Assembly (NCBI GenBank): GCA_964361075.1
Contig: CAYHZL010000012.1
Coordinates: forward strand, 3,300 to 35,299
Reading direction: 5' to 3'
DNA length: 32,000 nucleotides
Source of the DNA: an uncultured Chitinophagaceae bacterium
GTDB taxonomy: Bacteria > Bacteroidota > Ignavibacteria > UBA10030 > UBA8401
Part shown: positions 1 through 8,387 of the stretch, in pieces
Numbering within the stretch: the stretch's first letter is position 1
How the letters are laid out: each line of letters begins with the position of its first letter
Program-made: the position numbers and the translations under genes
The notes under the pieces: model-generated
Told to the model about the DNA's origin: nothing
Database searches by the model: none
What the model saw: only the letters and a program-made list of their open reading frames with translations

Positions 1-385
1 GCGCCATTATTCTGTTGACTGTCTCGAATGTGTTTATGATCCGCCGAAGACGTGGTACGGACATTTAAAATTCAAAGATGTTTCGCTGTGGAAAATAGTC
101 TTGGCGAGTTGGGGAATTGCTTTCTTTGAATATTGCTTTATGGTGCCGGCAAATCGTTTTGGAAACGGACAGTTTAACGTAACACAATTAAAAACTATTC
201 AAGAAGCAATTACGCTGATTGTCTTCACTGTTTTTTCCATTGTGTATTTAAAAGAAGAATTTAAGTGGAACTACGTGGTCGGTTTTATATTAATAATCGG
301 TGCAGTGTTTTTTATCTTCAAAAAATGGCAGCAAAATATTGACTCGTTAGTAAAGTTTGGTTATATTGGAAACCATAGAAACTAA
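1..385 (+). pseudogene. DUF486/DMT-superfamily small membrane protein; 5' end off-window; apparent frameshift near 39-52
   Basis: Frame 2 is open from the window edge to the stop at 383-385 and reads ..TWYGHLKFKD..SWGIAFFEYCFMVPANR..IFKKW, which is typical of DUF486. The preceding family-like TM1 segment AIILLTVSNVFM is in frame 3 and hits a stop at 66-68. The family consensus is recalled from memory. Confidence 0.5.
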
Positions 386-399
386 TTAAGTTTCCAACT

Positions 400-428
400 A
401 AAAACAGCAGTAAAACGCTGTTTTTTTT
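400..428 (+). terminator. Candidate rho-independent terminator after the DMT-like gene
   Basis: aaaaacagc (400-408) / gctgttttt (417-425) form a stem with an 8-nt loop. The stem runs into a T run through 428. The GC core is short. Confidence 0.45.
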
Positions 429-435
429 ATATCAA

Positions 436-474
436 CATGGAAACCAAAAAAACAATATAGGTTTCCTATGGAAC
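436..474. promoter_or_regulatory. Candidate operator: inverted GGAAACC/GGTTTCC half-sites upstream of the TetR-efflux operon
   Basis: ggaaacc 439-445 and ggtttcc 460-466 form a perfect 7-bp inverted repeat, followed by atggaac at 468-474. A related pair, ttggaaac 367-374 / gtttccaa 391-398, lies just upstream. Confidence 0.25.
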
Positions 475-529
475 TTTTTTTGAGAAAATCCGTTTTACTA
501 TTTATTCAATTTGTAAATAAAGGCGCACG

Positions 530-1171
530 ATGGAAGAGAACGAAATAAAAGAACGCATTCGCAATGCAGCGAAAGAGCAATTCTTTAACCATGGCTTCAG
601 TAAAACTACAATGGAAGAATTTTCCAACGGCTTGGGAATGAGTAAAAAAACTATCTACAAATATTTTGCAAGCAAAGATGAACTTGTTAAAGATATTACC
701 ATTGCTACAATTGAAAATATGAACGCGTGTTGTGTTGATATTGGTAATACCAAGGACATTGATTTTATTGAAAAATTAAAACGGATCAATTCTTTGCTTG
801 CCTCACGAATGCAAACATTACGTCCGGCATTTTATATAGATGTGCAACGAACGATGCCGGAGTTGTGGAAACAGATTGACGAGTTTCGCCGCAAAAATAT
901 TTTTCTTCACTTTGGCAATTTGATTCACGAAGGAATTGAAAAAGGTGTCTTTCGCAATGACATTAATCCGCAGCTTCTCATTTTGATGTACGCCAATGCA
1001 ACACAAAGTATTATCAATCCCGAAACGCTTGCGAACTTACCGCTATCTGCTCATCAAGCATTCCACACTATCATAAGTGTGTTGTTTGACGGAATTTTTA
1101 CAGAGAGCGCACGAGACACATATAAAAATACAACTGTACAACCTGAAACTATGGAGACCTTACCAGTATGA
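530..1171 (+). CDS. TetR/AcrR family transcriptional regulator
   Basis: N-terminal HTH region: FFNHGFSKTTMEEFSNGLGMSKKTIYKYFASKDEL. Its stop overlaps the next gene's start (ATGA at 1168-1171). Confidence 0.9.
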   Translation: MEENEIKERIRNAAKEQFFNHGFSKTTMEEFSNGLGMSKKTIYKYFASKDELVKDITIATIENMNACCVDIGNTKDIDFIEKLKRINSLLASRMQTLRPAFYIDVQRTMPELWKQIDEFRRKNIFLHFGNLIHEGIEKGVFRNDINPQLLILMYANATQSIINPETLANLPLSAHQAFHTIISVLFDGIFTESARDTYKNTTVQPETMETLPV

Positions 1172-2472
1172 TACAACGCCTCGTACTATTTATTCTTTGC
1201 GCGGGAACAATTTCTTTCGCGCAGGAGAAACTTTCGTTAACAATTGAGAAAGCAATCGAGATTGGGTTGCAGAATAGTAAATCACTTCATTCATCGCAAA
1301 GCAAAGTACTTGCCTCTGATGCAAAAGTTGGAGAAACGAATACGCTCGGGTTACCATCGCTCAAATTAAATGCGACCTACTCCCGTCTTAGTGCGGTTGA
1401 TCCATTTAAAATCACATTGGGTCCAACACCAATTGAAATTTCACCTTCAATTTTTAATAACTACAATGTGAAGGCAACTGTTCAACAACCGATTTTTACC
1501 GGATTCAAAATTTCCAGCGCGGAAAAAATCGCTGAATATTCTGCCGAAGCAACAAAGCATGATTTCAAAAAAGATGCGAAGGAACTTACTTACAATATTA
1601 AAAACGCATATTGGAATTTATTCAAAGCAATCGAATTCAAAAAAGTTGTTGATGAAAATGTTGGACAAGTGAAAGCACATACAAAAGATGCAGAAAATCT
1701 TCTTGCACAAGGAATGGCAACAACGAATGATGTGTTGAAAGTGCAGGTGCTTCTTTCCGATGCACAGGTGCGGCAGATTGACGCCATCAATAATGTGCAG
1801 CTTTCCATGCTTTCATTAAACAATATTATCGGACTGCCGCTTTCAACAGAAATTGTATTAGCGTCAACAATTCAGAAAACGACAAAGAACTTTTCCGATG
1901 TATCGAACTTGGTAAAGAAAGCATTTGAAACACGTCCCGAATTACTTGCGATGGATGCGCGCGTAAAAGTGAGCGAGGCAAATGTAACGATGAATCGTTC
2001 CGGCTGGTGGCCGCAAATTGCTTTGGTAGGAAATTACAATTATGCTCGACCAAATCAGCGCATCTTTCCTTCGAAAGATGAATTTAAAGATACATGGGAT
2101 GTGAGCATTGCGCTTTCGTACGATATCTGGACGTGGAATACAACCGGACATCAGACCGAGCAAGCCGAAGCACAACTGACGCAAACCAATGATGCAATGG
2201 GACAATTAAAAGACGGTATTACACTGGAAGTAACTCAGAATTATTTAAATCAGAAACAAACGATTGAACGAATTTCCGTTGCCGAAAAAGGCGTTCAGCA
2301 AGCAGAAGAAAATTACCGCATCACAAATGAAAAATACAAAAAAGGTCTCGCGCTTAATTCAGATTTAATTGATGCAGAAGTTGCCCTGCTGCAAGCGAAA
2401 TTAGTTCTTACACAATCATTGGTTGAAAGTGAATTAGCCGAAGCACGGCTATCGAAAGCAATTGGTGATTAA
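1168..2472 (+). CDS. TolC-family outer membrane efflux protein (OMF)
   Basis: Signal-like N-terminus, a duplicated OEP-type coiled-coil/beta architecture, and position ahead of the MFP and RND genes. Confidence 0.85.
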   Translation: MIQRLVLFILCAGTISFAQEKLSLTIEKAIEIGLQNSKSLHSSQSKVLASDAKVGETNTLGLPSLKLNATYSRLSAVDPFKITLGPTPIEISPSIFNNYNVKATVQQPIFTGFKISSAEKIAEYSAEATKHDFKKDAKELTYNIKNAYWNLFKAIEFKKVVDENVGQVKAHTKDAENLLAQGMATTNDVLKVQVLLSDAQVRQIDAINNVQLSMLSLNNIIGLPLSTEIVLASTIQKTTKNFSDVSNLVKKAFETRPELLAMDARVKVSEANVTMNRSGWWPQIALVGNYNYARPNQRIFPSKDEFKDTWDVSIALSYDIWTWNTTGHQTEQAEAQLTQTNDAMGQLKDGITLEVTQNYLNQKQTIERISVAEKGVQQAEENYRITNEKYKKGLALNSDLIDAEVALLQAKLVLTQSLVESELAEARLSKAIGD

Positions 2473-2488
2473 GAGAAATTTAAAATAT

Positions 2489-2697
2489 CGTAACTACTCA
2501 GCGAAAACAACCCCACCCTTTATCCCTCCCCTTTTAGGGGAGGGAATTTTCTCCCCCTGTGCCGAAGGTGGCAACGCCATTCCTTTGGAACATCTGGCGA
2601 AGCCATCACTTCGTGACCTTCGGGAAAAGGGGGAGAATAAAAGAGGGGTGATTCGCCGCGGCGAACGAATTTATAATTTGTCACGCTGAGTAGTTAC
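2489..2697. repeat. Composite nested palindromic element A (MITE/REP-like) in the TolC-MFP gap
   Basis: Terminal inverted repeat cgtaactactcagcg (2489-2503) / cgctgagtagttac (2684-2697). Inner perfect hairpin ccctcccc-tttta-ggggaggg (2524-2544). Second inner repeat tctccccc/gggggaga. Palindrome ttcgccgcggcgaa (2652-2665). Modules are shared with elements E and G. Confidence 0.8.
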
Positions 2698-2724
2698 AAA
2701 ATAAACTATTAAAGGAACACAACA

Positions 2725-3792
2725 ATGAGTATGAAAAAAATAAAAGTTATCGGTGTGGTAGTTGTTGCTTTTGTTGTCATCATAGCAACTCTCCTTCACA
2801 ATAAAGCAAAGAGCAGTGCAAACCAAGTGAACAATATCGCAACCGTGTATTCGGTAACAGTAGCAACGGCAAGCATGCAGCAGCCTTCAGAAAATATTTC
2901 GCTGGTTGGAGTTATCAATGCAAATTCTGACATCGCTGTTATTTCTGAAACGCAAGGAAGAGTAGTTGCAGTCAACGCGAATGTCGGCGATTACAAACCT
3001 GCCGGTTCTGTGTTGGTGCAAGTAGATGATGAATTAAAGAAAGCCAACTTTGTTACAGCAGAAGTAAATTACCAGAAGGCAAAAAAAGATTTAGCGCGGT
3101 ACGAATCACTTTATAAAGATAAATCCATTTCTGATTCGCACATTGAAGGCGCGCGGTTAGCATTCAAATCCGCGGAAGCACAATACATTGTTGCCAGAAA
3201 AACTTTAGCTGACACAAAAATTACTACGCCGATTTCCGGCATTGTTACAATGCGCAATGTCGAAGTTGGTTCCATGGTAATGGGCGCACCGCAAGCGACA
3301 CTGATTGCCAATATTGTTGACATCACAAAGCTCAAAGTAAAATTAAATGTTGCTGAAGCAGATGTGTTCCGAATGAAAAAAGGCGATGCAGTTGAAATTA
3401 CAACCGATGTATATCCGGACATACCATTTGCCGGAACAATTACATCAATCAGTGCAAAGGGCGATGAGGCGCACACATATCCTGTCGAAATTACAATTCC
3501 AAATAGCGCAACATATCCGTTGAAAGCTGGAATGTTTGGTCGCGCAAACTTTGTTACCACTGCACCAACCAAATCTATTTTTATTCCTCGTGAAGCTGTG
3601 CTTGGCAGCGTGAAAGATGCGCAGGTCTATGTTGTAGAAAATGGTATCGCTAAACTTCGCAGTATCGTAACCGGCACACCGCTTGGAACAATGATTCAGG
3701 TAACAAAAGGAATTGCAGATGGTGAAGTTGTGGTGGTCAACGGACAAAATAATTTAAAAGACAATCTTGCTGTTACCATTATTAAAAAATAA
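2725..3792 (+). CDS. Efflux RND transporter periplasmic adaptor (MFP/HlyD-like)
   Basis: N-terminal TM anchor, lipoyl/barrel-sandwich and beta-barrel type sequence, and position between the OMF and the RND pump. Confidence 0.88.
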   Translation: MSMKKIKVIGVVVVAFVVIIATLLHNKAKSSANQVNNIATVYSVTVATASMQQPSENISLVGVINANSDIAVISETQGRVVAVNANVGDYKPAGSVLVQVDDELKKANFVTAEVNYQKAKKDLARYESLYKDKSISDSHIEGARLAFKSAEAQYIVARKTLADTKITTPISGIVTMRNVEVGSMVMGAPQATLIANIVDITKLKVKLNVAEADVFRMKKGDAVEITTDVYPDIPFAGTITSISAKGDEAHTYPVEITIPNSATYPLKAGMFGRANFVTTAPTKSIFIPREAVLGSVKDAQVYVVENGIAKLRSIVTGTPLGTMIQVTKGIADGEVVVVNGQNNLKDNLAVTIIKK

Positions 3793-3820
3793 GTACCAAG
3801 AAAAATTTTAAGGAAAACTA

Positions 3821-6800
3821 ATGACTATTACAGAACTTGCAATTAAAAGACCATCACTGATTGTAGTGATATTTTCGGTGCTGGGTGTGCTGGGATTATT
3901 CAGCTACTCGCAGTTGAACTACGAACTTCTGCCGAAAATGTCCGTGCCGGTTATGACTATCACAACAATGTATCCCGGCGCATCACCGTACGAAGTGGAA
4001 ACCAACATCACAAAAATTATTGAAGATGCGGTTTCCGGCATTGATAAAATTGATGCGATTCGTTCAACATCGTTTGAAGGTGTTTCGCTTGTCATTGTTG
4101 AATTCAAACAAACAGCAAAAGTTGACATTGTATTACAAGAAGGACAGCGCAAGGTCGGCGAGGTGCTTTCCAAACTTCCCACCGGAGCTCGCTCGCCAAC
4201 AATTTCAAAAATTGCGTTGGATGAAATTCCTGTATTACGTATCGGCACAACAAGCGGAATGGCTTCAAGGGAATTTTTTCAATTCTTAAAAGATCGCGTA
4301 CAGCCGCGCCTGTCAAAATTGTCCGGTGTTGCACAGGTGATCTTAACCGGCGGTGAAGAACGCGAAATAAAAATTAATCTTGATGCACAAAAACTTCGCT
4401 CGTACGGTTTATCAGTTCTTCAAGTAACCGGTGCAATAAAAAATTCCAATATGGATTTTCCAACCGGAAAAATTAAAGCGGAAGACGGACAATATATTGT
4501 TCGTGTTGCCGGAAAAATTTCCTCCGTCAAACAATTGCGCGAGCTTGTTGTTGCCCGTTCACGCCAAGGCGGCGATATTCATTTAAACGATATTGCTGAA
4601 GTGCAAGATGGTGCAAAAGAATTTACACAAATGAGCAGAGTTGATGGTACCACTTCGGTTGGTATTCAAGTGCTAAAACAATCCGATGCGAATGCCGTTG
4701 AAGTGAGTAAAATTCTTCGGGCAGAGTTGAAAAAAATTCAGGAAGAATTTGCCAGCAGCGGAATTAATTTTGACATTGCACAAGACAGTTCGCTCTTTAC
4801 AGTAGATGCAGCAAATGCTGTGAAGGAAGATTTAATGTTAGCGATTGTGCTTGTTGCACTTGTCATGCTATTATTTTTACACAGCCTGCGCAACTCTCTT
4901 ATCGTCATGATTGCGATTCCGGCGTCACTCATTTCTACATTCATCGGAATGTACGCGTTCGGCTTTACATTAAATTTAATGACACTGCTCGCAATGTCGC
5001 TCGTTATTGGTATTCTTGTTGACGATTCCATTGTAGTATTGGAAAACATTTACCGCCGCTTGGAGCTTGGTGATGCGCAACGTGATGCTGCACTGCGCGG
5101 CAGAAACGAAATCGGTTTCGCCGCTCTCTCCATTACACTTGTGGACGTCGTGGTTTTTTTGCCGCTCTCACTTGTTTCAGGAATAGTGGGAAATATTTTA
5201 CGCGAGTTTGCCTTGGTGGTAGTTGTGTCAACGTTGATGTCGCTCTTCGTTTCATTCACCATCACACCGCTGCTTGCTTCGCGTTTCACACAACTCGAAC
5301 ACTTCACCAAGAACACATTGATGGGACGTTTTGCATTGTGGTTCGAGCGCATGCACGATAAATTTACTAACCAATATCTTTCTCTGTTGCGATGGAGTTT
5401 ACATCATCGTAAAACTGTGGTGGCAACAATGATAATATTATTTTTTGCTACACTTTCTCTGGCGCCGCTTGGCTTTATTGGAAATGAATTTATGCCGATA
5501 TCCGATCGCGGCGAGTTCAGCGTTACCATTGAACTTCCGCCGGGCGCAACAGTTGAGCAAACAAATCAGGCATCGCTTACGGTTGAACGCATATTAGCGC
5601 ACATGCCGGAAATCCATAAAGTGTTTACAACTGTCGGCGTTTCAAATGATGGTTTCATCGGTCTTTCATCAAACAATGTAACGCAGTTAAACATTGCACT
5701 GACACCGAAAAAGCAACGCGTAAAAACTACATCTCAAGTTGGCGAAGATATTAAATCTAAAGTGCGAAATATTCCGGGCGTTAAAGTGCGCGTTAATCCA
5801 ATAGGAATTTTTGGCACAGCAGATCAGGCGGCAATTCAGATTGGAGTGAACGGAACAAATCTTCGCGACGTACAAAAAACCTCGAACCGCATTCTGGATA
5901 TTCTTTCTTCAATTCAGGGAACAACAGACTTGCGGCTTTCTGCGGAAGCCGGCAAACCGGAAATGCAAATTGATATTGACCGCGAAAAAATGACCGCGCT
6001 CGGTCTTTCTGTTGCCGATGTTGGCGCAACACTGCGCGTTGCATTAACGGGCAATGACGATTCGAAATTTCGCGACGGAAATAGCGAATACGATATCCGC
6101 ATTCAGTTAGATGAATCCGATCGTTCGCAAACTTCCGACATACGCAACGTAACATGTATGAATAATCGCGGACAGCAAATTGAATTGAAACAATTTGCAA
6201 ATGTCTATCAAACTTCCGGACCCTCAAAACTGCAGCGACAAGATCGTATTAATGTTTTGTATGTATTGGGACAAACTTTGAACCGCCCGGCAGGAACAAT
6301 TATTGAAGAATTTAAAACTGCGTTAAAAAAAGAAACATTACCTCCGGGCATTAGCATCGCGTATCTTGGTATGGAAAAAAATCGCACTGAAGGATTTGCA
6401 AATCTAGGTCTTGCTCTGATTGCCGGAATTTTATTTGTGTACCTCATTATGGTTGCGCTGTACGATTCGTACGTGTATCCGTTTGTCGTACTCTTTTCAA
6501 TTCCGCTTGCAATGATCGGCGCGTTTCTCGCGCTTGCCTTGATGAATAAATCGCTGAGCATCTTTTCTATTCTCGGTATAATTATGTTAGTCGGTTTGGT
6601 TGCAAAAAATGCAATCTTACTTGTAGATAGAACAAACCAAATGAAACTACAAGGAATGAAAACGTATGAAGCGCTGCTCGAAGCCGGGCAAACACGTCTT
6701 CGTCCAATTTTGATGACCACGGTGTCGATGATTATTGGTATGTCTCCGATTGCGCTTTCATCCAGCGCCGGTGTAGAGTGGAAAACAGGTCTTGCGTGGG

Positions 6801-7003
6801 CATTGATTGGCGGATTGACAAGTTCGATGTTTTTAACATTGCTTGTTGTGCCGGTAGTATATTTCAAAGTTGATCAATGGAAAGAAACCGTTCCTGCATT
6901 CTTCAAAAAACCATCGACACTTTTCGGTTTAAGAAAAAGAAAAAATGGTTTGAACGGTTCGGTTGTACACCCAAACGGTGAGTTGGAATTAATACAGGAT
7001 TAG
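3821..7003 (+). CDS. RND efflux permease (AcrB/AcrD/AcrF family)
   Basis: 1060 aa with a 12-TM RND architecture. Typical N-terminus: RPSLIVVIFSVLGVLGLFSY..LPKMSVPVMTITTMYPGASP. Confidence 0.93.
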   Translation: MTITELAIKRPSLIVVIFSVLGVLGLFSYSQLNYELLPKMSVPVMTITTMYPGASPYEVETNITKIIEDAVSGIDKIDAIRSTSFEGVSLVIVEFKQTAKVDIVLQEGQRKVGEVLSKLPTGARSPTISKIALDEIPVLRIGTTSGMASREFFQFLKDRVQPRLSKLSGVAQVILTGGEEREIKINLDAQKLRSYGLSVLQVTGAIKNSNMDFPTGKIKAEDGQYIVRVAGKISSVKQLRELVVARSRQGGDIHLNDIAEVQDGAKEFTQMSRVDGTTSVGIQVLKQSDANAVEVSKILRAELKKIQEEFASSGINFDIAQDSSLFTVDAANAVKEDLMLAIVLVALVMLLFLHSLRNSLIVMIAIPASLISTFIGMYAFGFTLNLMTLLAMSLVIGILVDDSIVVLENIYRRLELGDAQRDAALRGRNEIGFAALSITLVDVVVFLPLSLVSGIVGNILREFALVVVVSTLMSLFVSFTITPLLASRFTQLEHFTKNTLMGRFALWFERMHDKFTNQYLSLLRWSLHHRKTVVATMIILFFATLSLAPLGFIGNEFMPISDRGEFSVTIELPPGATVEQTNQASLTVERILAHMPEIHKVFTTVGVSNDGFIGLSSNNVTQLNIALTPKKQRVKTTSQVGEDIKSKVRNIPGVKVRVNPIGIFGTADQAAIQIGVNGTNLRDVQKTSNRILDILSSIQGTTDLRLSAEAGKPEMQIDIDREKMTALGLSVADVGATLRVALTGNDDSKFRDGNSEYDIRIQLDESDRSQTSDIRNVTCMNNRGQQIELKQFANVYQTSGPSKLQRQDRINVLYVLGQTLNRPAGTIIEEFKTALKKETLPPGISIAYLGMEKNRTEGFANLGLALIAGILFVYLIMVALYDSYVYPFVVLFSIPLAMIGAFLALALMNKSLSIFSILGIIMLVGLVAKNAILLVDRTNQMKLQGMKTYEALLEAGQTRLRPILMTTVSMIIGMSPIALSSSAGVEWKTGLAWALIGGLTSSMFLTLLVVPVVYFKVDQWKETVPAFFKKPSTLFGLRKRKNGLNGSVVHPNGELELIQD

Positions 7004-7029
7004 TTTTAATTGATTGCAGAATGCTTACA

Positions 7030-7064
7030 AAAAAAATGTGGCGCCTTGGCGCCACGTTTTTTTT
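7030..7064 (+). terminator. Bidirectional rho-independent terminator between the convergent RND and HDOD genes
   Basis: GC-rich palindrome gtggcgccttggcgccac (7038-7055), preceded by an A8 run and followed by a T8 run. Confidence 0.8.
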
Positions 7065-7072
7065 ACTGAATA

Positions 7073-7213
7073 CTAAATAGTCGAGTCTTAAAAAATGCGA
7101 GTGATGCCATGAGTGTAATACAATGATTCAGAGATAATTCAAATTTTCACGTTCTTGATAAACAAACTCATGGCATCACTTTGTAAATAAGACTTTTTAA
7201 GGGACGACTAAAT
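7073..7213. repeat. Long imperfect palindromic element B
   Basis: Left arm 7073-7114 (ctaaatagtcgagtcttaaaaaatgcgagtgatgccatgagt) pairs with right arm 7166-7213 (actcatggcatcac...gactttttaagggacgactaaata). The core gtgatgccatgagt/actcatggcatcac is a perfect 14-bp repeat. Confidence 0.75.
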
Positions 7214-7228
7214 ATTGGTAATTACGTT

Positions 7229-8113
7229 TTACACATGTGCACTCAGCGTTCGCAGGAATTCCATATTCTCATCGAAATGTTTTTTGAGCGCTTCAGAAAA
7301 ATCGACATTACTAATAGTGCGCAAACTTGTATGCTCGGAAACAAGTATTTGCCAGCTTTCATCTGATTCAATCACTGTCGTTTCCTGATTTCCTTCAATG
7401 CCATATCCCCACACTTGTGAATACAAATCTGCAAGGCGCACAATTGAAACAAGTGTCTGATCTATTTGTGCGTACTTTGGTGTATGATGATAGCGGATAA
7501 TTTCCACCAGGTTCACCGGCAGTTTCCACCGTTCAGCAATCAAGCCGCCTACTTCGCAATGGTTAATGCCAAGCACTTCTTCTTCAGCGACCGTATCAAT
7601 ATAATTTTTGTCTTTTACAAGACTTTCAATGGTTTCAAATTCTTTCGGGCGAAGTTCCATCAGCACAAGTTTACCGAAATCGTGCAGCAAGCCGCCGACA
7701 AATTCTCTTCCCGCCGTGCGAAAATAATTTTTTGTTGCGATGGTACGGGCAATAGTTGCAGTCGTAACAGAATGTTTCCAGAATCTGTTGAATGCTTCCC
7801 GGTTTGTTAATTTCAACTGAGATATTTTGTTCGCAAGCAAAAAGGTAATCATCAATCTGCCCACTTCGGCGACACCAAGCAAACTGACAGCATTCTGCAC
7901 TGTTGAAACGCGGGAACGCAATCCGTAAAATGATGAGTTGATGGCGCGCAGCAGTTTGGTCGTCAGAATAACATCCAACTCTATCATGCGTGCAATTTTT
8001 TCGATAGAAATATTTTCGTCATCAATTGCAGATAACACTTCTGTTGTAGCAATCGGGAATGAAACTAAGTCATTGACATTTTGAATTTCATCCCGAAGAT
8101 TTTTTTGAGACAT
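7229..8113 (-). CDS. HDOD domain-containing signalling protein
   Basis: HDOD-type sequence (IARMIELDVILTTKLLRAINSSFYGLRSRVSTVQNAVSLLG) and an HD-like LHDFGK motif. Confidence 0.8.
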   Translation of the reverse strand: MSQKNLRDEIQNVNDLVSFPIATTEVLSAIDDENISIEKIARMIELDVILTTKLLRAINSSFYGLRSRVSTVQNAVSLLGVAEVGRLMITFLLANKISQLKLTNREAFNRFWKHSVTTATIARTIATKNYFRTAGREFVGGLLHDFGKLVLMELRPKEFETIESLVKDKNYIDTVAEEEVLGINHCEVGGLIAERWKLPVNLVEIIRYHHTPKYAQIDQTLVSIVRLADLYSQVWGYGIEGNQETTVIESDESWQILVSEHTSLRTISNVDFSEALKKHFDENMEFLRTLSAHV

Positions 8114-8269
8114 GGAAACCTCTCTCTAGTCTAAATATGGCGTGAGGAAATATTACGTTTTTATTATCAGATATGCACCTATTTATTTTTTCATTCCCGT
8201 GCATGGGGATTTATGTTGAACTCTCGAAAAATGGATACCCGTATTCTCGGGCAGAACAGAATTTTATTA

Positions 8270-8386
8270 GGACACTTCTTAAAACTAATTACGAAACCTT
8301 CAAGGTTTTTGTTCTTGAGATGTACATAAATTTTGAACTGTATAAAATTTGGTCAAGATAAACCTTGAAGGTTTTTAAAGATGTCC
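8270..8386. repeat. Palindromic element C (same family as D, opposite orientation)
   Basis: Termini ggacacttcttaaaa / ttttaaagatgtcc. Two 15-nt self-complementary boxes: aaaccttcaaggttt (8294-8308) and aaaccttgaaggttt (8360-8374). It ends 1 nt from the flhG stop. Confidence 0.8.
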
Positions 8387-8387
8387 A

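Noticed and set aside
2462-2689. 75-aa plus-strand ORF in the TolC-MFP gap. ORFs 8173-8361, 12391-12690, 14882-15094 and 14902-15084 are similar cases.
   Set aside because: All lie entirely within palindromic repeat elements. They have no RBS and a low-complexity or G/P/R-rich translation typical of repeat read-through. Both strands of the same repeat give ORFs.
8114-8200. Possible sigma-28 promoter (TAAA ... CGCCATAT) upstream of the HDOD gene.
   Set aside because: The -10-like box has a deletion relative to GCCGATAA, and the spacer is about 17-18 nt instead of 15. This is not distinguishable from chance in AT-rich DNA.
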